DNA of 64,000 nt, taken from assembly GCA_964487665.1 (NCBI GenBank), contig CAZARR010000003.1, forward strand, positions 6,998 to 70,997, given 5' to 3'. Under the pieces are notes generated by a model. That model was not told the origin of the DNA, searched no databases, and worked only from the letters and a program-made list of their open reading frames with translations. Both the position numbers and the translations under genes were made by a program. The DNA comes from an uncultured Pseudomonadales bacterium (lineage in GTDB: Bacteria > Patescibacteriota > Microgenomatia > UBA1400 > MFAQ01). Positions within the stretch are counted from its first letter, which is position 1, and each line of letters begins with the position of its first letter. This document shows, one piece after another, positions 39,186 to 48,946 of this stretch.

Positions 39186-41321
39186 TCAGTTGCGGTAGCT
39201 GGCTAAAAATTCCTCAGCGTTTTTGATAAGGACATCGCGAGGCTTACTACCCTCGGGAGCAGATATTACTCCCGCCTGTTCTAATTGGTCAAGAATTCGT
39301 GCGGCACGGGCGTAACCAATAGAAAGACGGCGTTGTAAAAGGGAGGCGCTGGCTTTGCCGTACTCAACACAAACGCGAACGGATTGTTGAAATTGTTCGT
39401 CTACGTCTTCGATATTCGGATTACTAGAAATTGATTTTTTGCTTTGGTAGCTAGTAGTGACAGCATCCTGATATTGTGGTGCTACCCCTTTGGAGCGTAG
39501 ATAAGAAGTAAGACCAGTAATTTCGGCATCATCAACATAGGCACCTTGGATCCGATGAGGTTTGGCCTGATCCGGAGGAATATAGAGCATGTCACCTCGA
39601 CCAAGGAGTTTTTCAGCCCCAGGGGTGTCGATGATAACGCGAGAATCAACCATCGAAGTGACGTTGAAAGCGATACGGCAAGGAATATTGGCTTTGATTA
39701 AACCGGTAAGGATGTCGACCGAGGGCCTCTGGGTGGCTACTACCAAGTGGATGCCAACCGCACGAGCCATTTGTGCCAGACGAGTAACAGCTTCTTCGAC
39801 CTCGCTTACTGAATAAAGCATGATGTCGGCTAACTCGTCGATCAAAAAGATAATGTAGGGCATAGCCTGAAAACCAGACAGGCTGTTGTATCCTGCGATA
39901 TTGCGAACGCCGACCTCGGCAAATAATTTATAGCGATTTTCCATTTCGGCTAAAGCCCACTTAAGGGCTGAGATTACTTTGTCTGGTTCGACAATTACAG
40001 GGGTAAGCAAATGGGGGATGCCGTTGTACCCCGTTAGTTCAACCCGCTTGGGGTCGACCATGATAAATTTAACCTCGTCGGGAGACGCGCGAAAAAGAAT
40101 GGATGCGATGAAGGCATTAAGGCAAACCGACTTCCCCGATCCGGTTGACCCAGCAATTAAAACGTGGGGCATCTTTGATATTTCGGCTACTGCGGCATCA
40201 CCAGAGACGTCAATACCGAGAGCGACAGCTGTTTTAGAGGTGTTTTTTTGCATTATTGGCGAGGTTAGGATTTGCTTGAGAGAGACATATTCCAAAGAAC
40301 GGTTGGGGATTTCTATACCCACCAAAGAACGCCCGGCGATGGGTGCCTCGATACGAATTTGCCCTTGAGGAGCGGCTAGGGCCAAAGCGAGATCGGACTG
40401 GAGAGTGACAATTTTGCTAACCTTGGTACCTAGGGCAATTTCGAGAGCATATTGGGTAACAGCTGGTCCGCAATTTACCTCGATTACTTTGGCCTCGATA
40501 CCAAAGGAATCGAGAGTGCGCTCAATTACAGCGGCGTTGTGTTTGATGTCTCCTCGATCTGCCTTGCCACGTTTTTCGTCAGACAGGATACTTAGAGGGG
40601 GAAGTTCCCACACAGTAGAACTTCCTGTCGGCTGATTGCTAACAACCGTACCGACTGTGGGGGTTTCGGGTGGACGGTTTGCATTAACAACAAATGGGGT
40701 GGGTGGTTTTTTTTCTAATTTTTGAGAAGAGGTACTTTCGGTCTCTAATTCTTGGGGAATCCCTTTGACTTTTATTTCTTTGGAACCCAAGTGGCTAACT
40801 TGATCCAACCGGTTTCTGGTCACTTTGGTTTGGAGCAGTTGAGTAATCTTGTTGAAAATATTTCTAAAAAATATCGAAAGATCCTGGAGAGAGGTCTCAA
40901 AAAAAATAATAATACCGATAGCAAGTCCGGTTAAATAAAATAAATACGAACCGGCGGGATTGATAAGTGAAGCAATGGAAAGAAAAAGTTGGTGGCCAAT
41001 TTCACCCGCCTTGGTTAGGCCCAAGGAGGAAATTAACACAATTAGGTAGCCAAGAAATGTGCTGAAGCGTGCGAGGGCCCATTTAACACGGCTAAGTATC
41101 AGACCTGAAGAAATAAACAAAAAGGGTACTAGGATAAACGTCCAGCCTAGATAGCGACTACCCAAATTGAAAACTGTCTGCAGTATTACCCCCTGGCGCG
41201 AGAAAGAAACACTTACCAGACAACCCAGACTGACAATGAGGATTCCAATAATGGATAGTACGGTTTCCCTTTTAAGAGACACCGAAGTTTTCTTGTGACG
41301 TCTCTGCCTTCTTTTGGGCAT
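39186..41321 (-). CDS. ftsK: DNA translocase FtsK/SpoIIIE
   Basis: N-terminal TMs, AGSTGSGKS, IDELAD, ATQRPS, gamma domain SLLQRRLSIGYARAARI. Confidence 0.96.
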   Translation of the reverse strand: MPKRRQRRHKKTSVSLKRETVLSIIGILIVSLGCLVSVSFSRQGVILQTVFNLGSRYLGWTFILVPFLFISSGLILSRVKWALARFSTFLGYLIVLISSLGLTKAGEIGHQLFLSIASLINPAGSYLFYLTGLAIGIIIFFETSLQDLSIFFRNIFNKITQLLQTKVTRNRLDQVSHLGSKEIKVKGIPQELETESTSSQKLEKKPPTPFVVNANRPPETPTVGTVVSNQPTGSSTVWELPPLSILSDEKRGKADRGDIKHNAAVIERTLDSFGIEAKVIEVNCGPAVTQYALEIALGTKVSKIVTLQSDLALALAAPQGQIRIEAPIAGRSLVGIEIPNRSLEYVSLKQILTSPIMQKNTSKTAVALGIDVSGDAAVAEISKMPHVLIAGSTGSGKSVCLNAFIASILFRASPDEVKFIMVDPKRVELTGYNGIPHLLTPVIVEPDKVISALKWALAEMENRYKLFAEVGVRNIAGYNSLSGFQAMPYIIFLIDELADIMLYSVSEVEEAVTRLAQMARAVGIHLVVATQRPSVDILTGLIKANIPCRIAFNVTSMVDSRVIIDTPGAEKLLGRGDMLYIPPDQAKPHRIQGAYVDDAEITGLTSYLRSKGVAPQYQDAVTTSYQSKKSISSNPNIEDVDEQFQQSVRVCVEYGKASASLLQRRLSIGYARAARILDQLEQAGVISAPEGSKPRDVLIKNAEEFLASYRN

Positions 41322-41341
41322 GCTATTAGTATAACCCTGAC

Positions 41342-42988
41342 TTAGACCTCAATAACCATGGCTATAATCAGTGGCCTTCTGTTAGTTGCATCATATAGAA
41401 ATTTTTCTAATACATTTTCGATCTTGTGACGTAAAAAATTCCAGTCAGTGACTTTTGTATGTTGTCCATGGAGACAGTCAACCACTTTGTCTTCTGCCGA
41501 TTTGATTAGATCCTGGGATTCTTTGACATAAACAAACCCTCTAGTGACAATTTCTGGGTGACCAGAGACCTGACCATTATCTTTGTTAACAGGAACGATC
41601 GCCAAAAGGATGCCATCTTCAGCCATAACTTGCCTGTCTCGTAACACTACGTTGCCCACATCTCCGATACCTAGGCCGTCAACATAAACATTTTTTGTAA
41701 TAATTTTGTCAACAACTTTTACTTCATGTCGGGAAATTCCCAATACTTGTCCATCATCCAGGATATGGACGCGATCTTTGTCATAACCCATTTCAGTCGC
41801 CAAATCCCGATAAAGGTGGAGGTGGCGAATGGCGCCGCCGATGGGGACTATATGGCGGGGCCGGACCAGACGAGCCAAGAGGGTTAGATCGCCGCGGTGG
41901 CCGTGACCAGAGACATGCAACCCTGGTGTTGAGCCGGAATAGGAAACCTGGATTTCCTGCCTGTAAAGAGTGTCAATAAGGCCAAAAACATCCGACTCAG
42001 TCCCTGGAATAGCATCGGCGCTAATAACCACGTGATCGCCGCTATGTAGTTGAACGAACTGGTGTTCACCAGCGGCAAGTCTTTGCATGGCGGAACCTTC
42101 TTGTCCTTGGGATCCAGCAACTATCAAGGTGATCTGGTTTGGCTTGTAGTGACGAACTTTTTTGGCATCGACTATCGACTCCGGGGGTAGATTGAGGAAA
42201 CCATGTTTGGCAGCGGCGAGACAATTGTTGGAGATGGAACGGCCAATAAGAGCGACTTTGCGGTTGTATTTGAGTGAAGCGTCGATTGCCATGCCTATAC
42301 GGGAAATCGATGATGAGATTGTGGTAAAAATGAATTTACCCTTGGTCATCTTGACTGCGTTGTCGACGGCAGCCAACAGTGTTCTTTCGGTGGGGGTAAA
42401 ACCAGGTGATTCGACTCGAAGAGAATCGGTAAGTAGTAAGTCAACACCTTCGTCTCCGGCTTTGGCCATACTAGAAAGATCTGAGGGGTTGTTGTCGATA
42501 GGAGTGAGATCGAACTTGAAGTCGGCTGCGTGATAGATGTTGGCAACTGGGGTTTTGATAAACAAATGTTTACAGTTGGGAATGGAGTGGGTGCTGTGTA
42601 TGAGTTTGATATCAAATGAACCAAGGTTTATGTGGTCTTCAACGGGAATTAGCTTGTTTGTGAGACCAAATTCACGTACTTTTTGCTCCGCAAGTGCAAT
42701 AGTCAGAGTCGAACCATAAATATCAACCTTGGGAAGTCGGGGCAAAATGTATGGTAGTCCGCCAATGTGGTCCATGTGACCATGGGTAAGGACAATCCCT
42801 AAAATATTTTTGTGTGTTTTCTCGAGGTAGGAGATGTCGGGGATGACTACATCGACCCCTAAGGCGGCATCGGATGGAAAGCCAATGCCACAGTCGACGA
42901 TTAGCTGTTCGTCGCCGTATTCGTAAACATACATATTTTTGGTAACATCACCAATGCCTCCCAGAGGGATAAGTTTTAGTTGTTTCAT
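41342..42988 (-). CDS. rnj: Ribonuclease J
   Basis: IPLGG, THGHMDHIGG, HSIP, DFKFD, GSQGQ, HVSGH. Confidence 0.95.
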   Translation of the reverse strand: MKQLKLIPLGGIGDVTKNMYVYEYGDEQLIVDCGIGFPSDAALGVDVVIPDISYLEKTHKNILGIVLTHGHMDHIGGLPYILPRLPKVDIYGSTLTIALAEQKVREFGLTNKLIPVEDHINLGSFDIKLIHSTHSIPNCKHLFIKTPVANIYHAADFKFDLTPIDNNPSDLSSMAKAGDEGVDLLLTDSLRVESPGFTPTERTLLAAVDNAVKMTKGKFIFTTISSSISRIGMAIDASLKYNRKVALIGRSISNNCLAAAKHGFLNLPPESIVDAKKVRHYKPNQITLIVAGSQGQEGSAMQRLAAGEHQFVQLHSGDHVVISADAIPGTESDVFGLIDTLYRQEIQVSYSGSTPGLHVSGHGHRGDLTLLARLVRPRHIVPIGGAIRHLHLYRDLATEMGYDKDRVHILDDGQVLGISRHEVKVVDKIITKNVYVDGLGIGDVGNVVLRDRQVMAEDGILLAIVPVNKDNGQVSGHPEIVTRGFVYVKESQDLIKSAEDKVVDCLHGQHTKVTDWNFLRHKIENVLEKFLYDATNRRPLIIAMVIEV

Positions 42989-42997
42989 ATTTTTTTA

Positions 42998-44065
42998 TTA
43001 AGTCATTAAATGTTCTTTTGGTAAATAAGTTTTGAGGTTATCGGCGACAATATTAACGGAGGCGGCTTGACCTGAAACGATAGTACTGGCAGCCTTTCTG
43101 GTAAGGCCTTCGATGGTGCGATTTAGGGTACGGAGTCCGGCATCAAAGCCGAATGGGCGGACGATTTGAGGCCAGAGGCTGTCGCTGATGGTTAGAGAAA
43201 GAGGGTTAAGGCCAGATTCCTTAATGGCCTTGGGGAGTAGATACTCCTTGGCAATGTGAATTTTCTCTTCATCGGTGTAGCTAGGCATGCGGAGTGGTTC
43301 CAGACGATCCATGACAGCAGTGGCAATATTTCCTGTATTATTGGCCGTGGCGATAAATAACGCTTCGGACAAGTCAAAAGGATAATCGACATAATGATCT
43401 AGGAACCGATTGTTTTGACTTGGATCCAAAACCTCTACGAGAACACCCATAATGTCGGCCTTGGCTTCGGAGGTGACCCTGTCTATTTCATCGAGAAGAA
43501 TAATGGGGTTTTTCACCCCTGAGTCGCGGAATGCGCGAATGATGAGGCCGGGCTCAGATTCTAGGTGTAGTCTAGATTGTCCACGTAAGTCCCGGGCGGA
43601 TCCCATGCCACCAAAAGGGATCCTGGTAATTGGACGTCCCAAAGCTTCGGATAGGGCATAGGCAAAAGTAGTTTTGCCGGTACCCACAAGGCCGACAAGC
43701 AAGACGGCTGGGGCTTTGGCAGTGCCCGATCCTTGTTGTAGGCGTAGTTTGTACACAGACATGTATTCGATAATGCGATCTTTTACTTCTTCCATGCCAT
43801 AGTGATGTTTGTCTAATGTTTGCCGGATAGACACTAGATCGATAGGTTTTTCAACGCGTTTGTCCCAAGGCAGGGAGGTGATCCAATCAATATAATGGCT
43901 GATTTTTTCGAATTCTTCGGAGTAAAACCCTTGATTGGCCATACGTTCAAGGCGGTCGATCGACGTGTTCGTTTTTTGAGCTAGATCGGTGGGTAAGGCA
44001 CACGAGGAAACCCGGTCGTGCAAGGCGACAAGATCCTTTTGGACTAAACTAAGAGACGTATCCAT
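42998..44065 (-). CDS. Lon-type AAA+ ATPase lacking the N-terminal and protease domains
   Basis: YIDWITSLPW, HYGMEEVKDRI, GTGKTT, NPIILLDEID, LDPSQN..F.DHY..PFDLS, FIATAN, DRLE. Confidence 0.85.
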   Translation of the reverse strand: MDTSLSLVQKDLVALHDRVSSCALPTDLAQKTNTSIDRLERMANQGFYSEEFEKISHYIDWITSLPWDKRVEKPIDLVSIRQTLDKHHYGMEEVKDRIIEYMSVYKLRLQQGSGTAKAPAVLLVGLVGTGKTTFAYALSEALGRPITRIPFGGMGSARDLRGQSRLHLESEPGLIIRAFRDSGVKNPIILLDEIDRVTSEAKADIMGVLVEVLDPSQNNRFLDHYVDYPFDLSEALFIATANNTGNIATAVMDRLEPLRMPSYTDEEKIHIAKEYLLPKAIKESGLNPLSLTISDSLWPQIVRPFGFDAGLRTLNRTIEGLTRKAASTIVSGQAASVNIVADNLKTYLPKEHLMT

Positions 44066-44078
44066 TGATTAAAGTATA

Positions 44079-46262
44079 TCAGCGGTGGTCCCGGAATCGC
44101 TTGAAGACCTGAGGTTTACCCGGTGACGAGGGAGCGGGTCTATTGGATTGATAGGAAGATTGGTGTTGTGGTGAATCAGAGGAGGGTGTCCGGCCACCGG
44201 ACAACAGGCTGAGATTAAGCCGGCCACGATCGTCGATCTCATCAGCCCGCACTGTGACGGTATCGCCGACACTGACCACCTGGCTAGCGTCAGAAACATA
44301 TACCCCTTTACCCATGCGCGAAACGTGCACCAAACCAGACTTTCCTGGCAAAACATCAACAAAAGCGCCAAAACTTTCGACGCGAGTAACAGTGCCTTCG
44401 TATGTTTTTCCAATCTCTGCCTCAGTAACTAGACCTGAGATGTGGTTTTTGGCTTTTTCAACTTGATTGGGGTCGTTCCCAGTGATACTAACCTTCCCGC
44501 TATCGTCTATGTCGATTTCGACCGTATAGGTTTGTTGTAACAAGCGGATCATCCGACCGCCTGGCCCAATAATTTCACCAATTTTCTCGCTATCAATTTT
44601 CAGGGTGGCGATGTTGGGGGCATACTGACTGAGACTTGGGCGGGGCTTGTCGATAACAGCAAGCATTTTACTAAGGATAAAAAGACGACCTTGGCGGGCT
44701 TGCTCTAAGGCTTGTTCAAGTATTTTGGCGGTAACACCAGGAACTTTTATATCCATCTGCATAGCCGTAACACCATCAGCGGTTCCGGCGACTTTGAAGT
44801 CCATGTCTCCGTAGTGGTCTTCGGGGCCAGCTATGTCGCTGAGGGTAATGTATTTACCAGCTTCGCTAATAAGACCCATTGCAATACCAGCTACAGGTTT
44901 TTTAATAGGTACACCTGCATCCATGAGAGATAAGGTTGAACCACAGACAGAAGCTTGGGAGGTGCTACCATTGCCAGACATGATTTCAGAAACGATACGA
45001 ATGGTATAGGGGAAGATATCTTCGTCTGGAATGACCGGAAGTAGGGCTTTTTCTGCTAGGGCTCCGTGTCCAGTTTCGCGACGATTGGGCGTGCCAATAC
45101 GTCCTGGTTCACCGGTGGCATAACCCGGCATGTTGTAATGATGCATATAACGCTTGGTTTCTTCACCGTTCATACCCTCGATCAGTTGTTCTTGCGAAGG
45201 CGAACCAAGGGTGACAACCGACAAAGCGTGTGTCAGCCCCCGTTTAAATAATGCCGATCCGTGGGTTCGGGGCAAAAGACCAATAGCAATTTCAATGTCT
45301 CGAATTTCGTCGAATTTGCGACCATCTATTCTGATAGAACGTGTCAGTATACTGGAGCGGAAGTGTTCTCTAATTTTGTCGTCAATCAAACGCGCGATTT
45401 GATTTTTGTCAACATCGGGGTTATCGGCGAGAATAGCGGTGACGACGTGGTCATATTTGATTCCTTCTCCGCTGGCAGCCTTGGCATCGGAAAGCAACTT
45501 GGGGGCATCGAGATATTTATCAATCAGTTTTTTCTGTTCGGGTGTAACCTTGGCGGGATTGACGCTTTTTTTGGTCTTGGAAATTTCCTGAGAAAATTCA
45601 TCAATGGCATCGACAATTGTGTCAATGTGTTTTTGGGCAAATTGCATTGCAGATAGAATTTTGTCTTCGGTCACTTCTTTTGCACCAGCTTCCACCATGG
45701 CAATTGAACCCTTGGCTCCTGAAACAACCAAATGTAAGGAGGAGGCTTCGTCCTGCGAGAGGCCTGGATTGATGAGAAATTGATTATTTTGATCAAGACC
45801 AACCAAGGCAGCACCGACGGGACCGGACCATGGAATATCGGAGATGGTCAGAGCGGCAGAGGTGGCGATTAAACCTAGAATGGCGGGGTCTGTTTGCCCA
45901 TCAATAGACAGCGGAGTAACCACCACTTGAACAGTATCGAAATAGTTTTTTGGGAATAGCGGGCGGATTGAACGATCAATCAGGCGTGAGGTAAGGATCT
46001 CTCGGTCGGAAGGCCTACCTTCGCGCTTTATAAATCGCGATGAACTAATTACGCCTCCCGCATAATGACGTTCTCGATATTCCACTTGGAGAGGAAAGTA
46101 GTCTATTTCTTCGTCGGCTGGTCCGGAAACAACTGCGGCCAAAACGATTGTGTCACCACATCGGGCGGTGACGGCCCCATTGGCCTGTACAGCCAAAACA
46201 CCTGTTTCTAAAATAATATCTTGTCCACCATCTAATTGGATGGTGTGCGTGTGTACTGACAT
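44079..46262 (-). CDS. pnp: Polyribonucleotide nucleotidyltransferase (PNPase)
   Basis: RLIDRSIRPLFP, HGSALF, GDMDFKVAGT, KH and S1 domains. Confidence 0.97.
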   Translation of the reverse strand: MSVHTHTIQLDGGQDIILETGVLAVQANGAVTARCGDTIVLAAVVSGPADEEIDYFPLQVEYRERHYAGGVISSSRFIKREGRPSDREILTSRLIDRSIRPLFPKNYFDTVQVVVTPLSIDGQTDPAILGLIATSAALTISDIPWSGPVGAALVGLDQNNQFLINPGLSQDEASSLHLVVSGAKGSIAMVEAGAKEVTEDKILSAMQFAQKHIDTIVDAIDEFSQEISKTKKSVNPAKVTPEQKKLIDKYLDAPKLLSDAKAASGEGIKYDHVVTAILADNPDVDKNQIARLIDDKIREHFRSSILTRSIRIDGRKFDEIRDIEIAIGLLPRTHGSALFKRGLTHALSVVTLGSPSQEQLIEGMNGEETKRYMHHYNMPGYATGEPGRIGTPNRRETGHGALAEKALLPVIPDEDIFPYTIRIVSEIMSGNGSTSQASVCGSTLSLMDAGVPIKKPVAGIAMGLISEAGKYITLSDIAGPEDHYGDMDFKVAGTADGVTAMQMDIKVPGVTAKILEQALEQARQGRLFILSKMLAVIDKPRPSLSQYAPNIATLKIDSEKIGEIIGPGGRMIRLLQQTYTVEIDIDDSGKVSITGNDPNQVEKAKNHISGLVTEAEIGKTYEGTVTRVESFGAFVDVLPGKSGLVHVSRMGKGVYVSDASQVVSVGDTVTVRADEIDDRGRLNLSLLSGGRTPSSDSPQHQSSYQSNRPAPSSPGKPQVFKRFRDHR

Positions 46263-46275
46263 TTACTTACCTTTC

Positions 46276-46362
46276 TTGGGAAATGCACCGGGAGAAGAAA
46301 GTCGCAGGAGCCTGGATTCCCAAGCACCTCTGCCTCGCTCCTCTCAATTGGTTACTTCCCAA
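46276..46362 (-). promoter_or_regulatory. Long imperfect hairpin filling the rpsO-pnp gap
   Basis: Nested pairings TTGGGAA/TTCCCAA, GAGAGG/CTTCTC-like and GCTTGG/CCAGGC. Confidence 0.55.
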
Positions 46363-46363
46363 T

Positions 46364-46633
46364 TTAACTATTAATATTGAGCTCACCGAGCAATTTTTGA
46401 TAGTCGGTGGCGTTGGTATTTGACAAATAACTAAGCAGACGACGGCGTTTGCTAATTATTTTCAACAGGCCTCGACGCGAATGATTGTCTTTGCGATGGG
46501 CTTGAAGATGCTTGGTCAGTTGCTCTATCTGTTGTGAAAGCAGAGCTACTTGGACCCTAGGGGAACCCGTGTCCTTTTGGGTAGCGGCAAATTTCTTGAT
46601 GATTTCTTGTTTTGAGGACGCTGTCAGAGCCAT
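46364..46633 (-). CDS. rpsO: 30S ribosomal protein S15
   Basis: DTGSPRVQVA, HRKDNHSRRGLL; start at M7 of the ORF. Confidence 0.96.
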   Translation of the reverse strand: MALTASSKQEIIKKFAATQKDTGSPRVQVALLSQQIEQLTKHLQAHRKDNHSRRGLLKIISKRRRLLSYLSNTNATDYQKLLGELNINS

Positions 46634-46643
46634 ACGGGCGATA

Positions 46644-47528
46644 TTATACATTACCGGGGATGGTAGGTTTTCCTGACCTGAAAACCTTTGGCTTTTGCCA
46701 ATCGTTGGGAATCTTGGAGCCTTTTGTTTTGTGATTAAGTGGTGGCAGGTCCATTAGGGACCCGGGGAAATTTAGCATGGGTGAGGTAGGGGTAGCAGGG
46801 AACTCGCGTCTGGCGCCATTGCGCATCAAATAGGCCGTGGCTTCGAAAGTATCGGCGGTTACTTTGAAAGAAGAAAAATTCTGGGTAATTTGGGTTAGAC
46901 AGTTGAACATGTTTGAAGAGGCTTGAGCTGTAGGGGGGATATTAAGGCTTTTCAAAATTATGGTAATAATTTCGCTTAGACAAGTGGCTTTTTCGGAATG
47001 TAGCGAGATCTTGGCAAAGCTACTTGGTGAACTTGTTTGGTTAAAACTGACAATCTTGGCAGCGTCGAAGAAATTCTTTTCTTCAGAATAAAGCCGTCCC
47101 AGCTCTTCAAGGGTTTTTATGCCCAGGACGAAAACCATATCGGCCTCGGCACCGGTATACTTGAAGGTTACCTTGTCGGAGGTGGGCGGAGTTTCGCCTG
47201 TACGAGGTTTGATGATTAACTTGGCTTTGCCGTCATCTGTTTTTTCATAGTCAATTTTCTCTAATTTGTCCTCAGGGTAATCAAATACGATAACAAGATT
47301 CTTGTTGCCAATTGATGTTTGAATTTTTTCTATACCAGCAAGACCATCTTTGACGTCACTGAGTCGGCTACAGCCGATTTGAGCTTGTTTTGTGTTTTGT
47401 AAGCTTTGATATAAGGCTAGACCAGCAGCGGTGGTATCCTGATCTGGTTCGGGGGGGAGGACAATAACGACTGATTTGGCTGCGTCCAGATCACTTTTAA
47501 GGGAATCGAGAAGGTTTTGGTCAAACAT
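46644..47528 (-). CDS. Degenerate DHH/NrnA-like phosphoesterase-fold protein
   Basis: PDQDTTAAGLAL, CLSEII, TQNF...TADTF..A.L...GA; position downstream of infB; DHH motif missing. Confidence 0.65.
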   Translation of the reverse strand: MFDQNLLDSLKSDLDAAKSVVIVLPPEPDQDTTAAGLALYQSLQNTKQAQIGCSRLSDVKDGLAGIEKIQTSIGNKNLVIVFDYPEDKLEKIDYEKTDDGKAKLIIKPRTGETPPTSDKVTFKYTGAEADMVFVLGIKTLEELGRLYSEEKNFFDAAKIVSFNQTSSPSSFAKISLHSEKATCLSEIITIILKSLNIPPTAQASSNMFNCLTQITQNFSSFKVTADTFEATAYLMRNGARREFPATPTSPMLNFPGSLMDLPPLNHKTKGSKIPNDWQKPKVFRSGKPTIPGNV

Positions 47529-47537
47529 AGTATTTTC

Positions 47538-48935
47538 TTATAGTTTGTTACTATAGGATTCTACTATATCCCCCTCTTTTAGGTCAAGAGGGGGAAGCAA
47601 AACCAAGCCGAACTCATTGCCTTTTTTGGCTTCTGTTATTTGGTTTTTTTGGGTGCGAAGGCTGGATATTTTGGCAGAGCCGATGGTATCACCTAGGCAC
47701 AGCTTGCCGCTAAGGACTTGGCAACCGTAAATAGTTTGCCCGGAAATGTGGAAAATTTTAAGAATTTTAGCAGTGCCCAAGGGAGGTTTGACTTCTTCTT
47801 TCTGGTGGAGTGCCAGCTGTTCTTTGAGATAGTCAAGAAGCTCATAAATGATCTGGAAGTTATTGAATGTTACTGACTCGATTTGTATAAGCTTTTTGAC
47901 ACTACTGGTGAGTTTGGCATTAAACCCAACAATCAGAGCTTTTTCCTGCTTGGCCATCTCGACATCATTCTCATTGACCAGACCAACGCTTGAACTGACT
48001 AGGTGAATGTTGGGCGGAAGAGAAGCTACAATGGCTTCGAGCGATCCCGCTAGGTCGGCCTTGATAATAATGGGAATTGGCGGATTTGACTCGTCCAAGA
48101 CGGATATGGGCGTAATTATAGATTGGGTTATGGTTTCTTCTTGACGAAGGGTGAATAGAACATCCCCAACGTTGGGGATGGTCTCGAAGCCGATAATGCG
48201 GACAGGGGTAGAGGCGGTAGCAAAGGTTAGTGGATGGTTGGTGAAATTGAACATTGCTCGGACACGCCCATAAAGACGGCTGCCGTTGAAAAGCGGATCT
48301 TTGAGACACAGTTTGCCTGATTTTACTAGCAGGAGAGCGGTGGGGCCGATCTGGGGGTGGATTTCAGATTCTAGAACCAGTGAGTTAGTCGGTTTGTTGG
48401 AGTTGTCTTTAAGTTCGAGTAAGTCGGCGAGTAGGATAATTGTTTCGAGTAAACTGGCAAGGTTTTGGCCAGTTTTGGCAGAGACTTCAACTACGGGGAC
48501 GTTGCCGCCAAAGCCCTCGAGATACTCCCCCATTTCGGCAAATTGGGTTTTAACTTTTTGTGGATTGGCACCATCTACATCAATTTTATTTATCGCCACG
48601 ATATAGGGTATCTCGGATTGCTTGATGTGTTCGAGAGATTCTTTGGTTTGGGGCATAACACCATCGTCGGCAGCAACAACTAAAACAGCAAGGTCAGCCA
48701 CCTTGCCACCACGGGCCCGCATGGCGGAAAAGGCAGCGTGACCTGGTGTGTCGATAAAGGTTAGGGAATGCTCTTGGTAATCAACCTGGTAAGCACTGAC
48801 CTTTTGGGTGATGCCTCCCGCTTCGGTGTCAACTACATGGGTCTTCCGAATCTGGTCCAACAGTGAGGTTTTTCCGTGATCAACGTGGCCCATGATGGTT
48901 ATGACCGGAGGACGATTGGGGTTTGAGGTGGCCAT
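47538..48935 (-). CDS. infB: Translation initiation factor IF-2, short form
   Basis: [35 protein letters not shown]. Confidence 0.95.
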   Translation of the reverse strand: MATSNPNRPPVITIMGHVDHGKTSLLDQIRKTHVVDTEAGGITQKVSAYQVDYQEHSLTFIDTPGHAAFSAMRARGGKVADLAVLVVAADDGVMPQTKESLEHIKQSEIPYIVAINKIDVDGANPQKVKTQFAEMGEYLEGFGGNVPVVEVSAKTGQNLASLLETIILLADLLELKDNSNKPTNSLVLESEIHPQIGPTALLLVKSGKLCLKDPLFNGSRLYGRVRAMFNFTNHPLTFATASTPVRIIGFETIPNVGDVLFTLRQEETITQSIITPISVLDESNPPIPIIIKADLAGSLEAIVASLPPNIHLVSSSVGLVNENDVEMAKQEKALIVGFNAKLTSSVKKLIQIESVTFNNFQIIYELLDYLKEQLALHQKEEVKPPLGTAKILKIFHISGQTIYGCQVLSGKLCLGDTIGSAKISSLRTQKNQITEAKKGNEFGLVLLPPLDLKEGDIVESYSNKL

Positions 48936-48946
48936 AACTGAAGGTT

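Noticed and set aside
44069-44413. 114-aa alternative-frame ORF overlapping the pnp 3' end, considered as a frameshifted Lon N-domain
   Set aside because: It lies within the pnp S1 domain and has no Lon-like sequence
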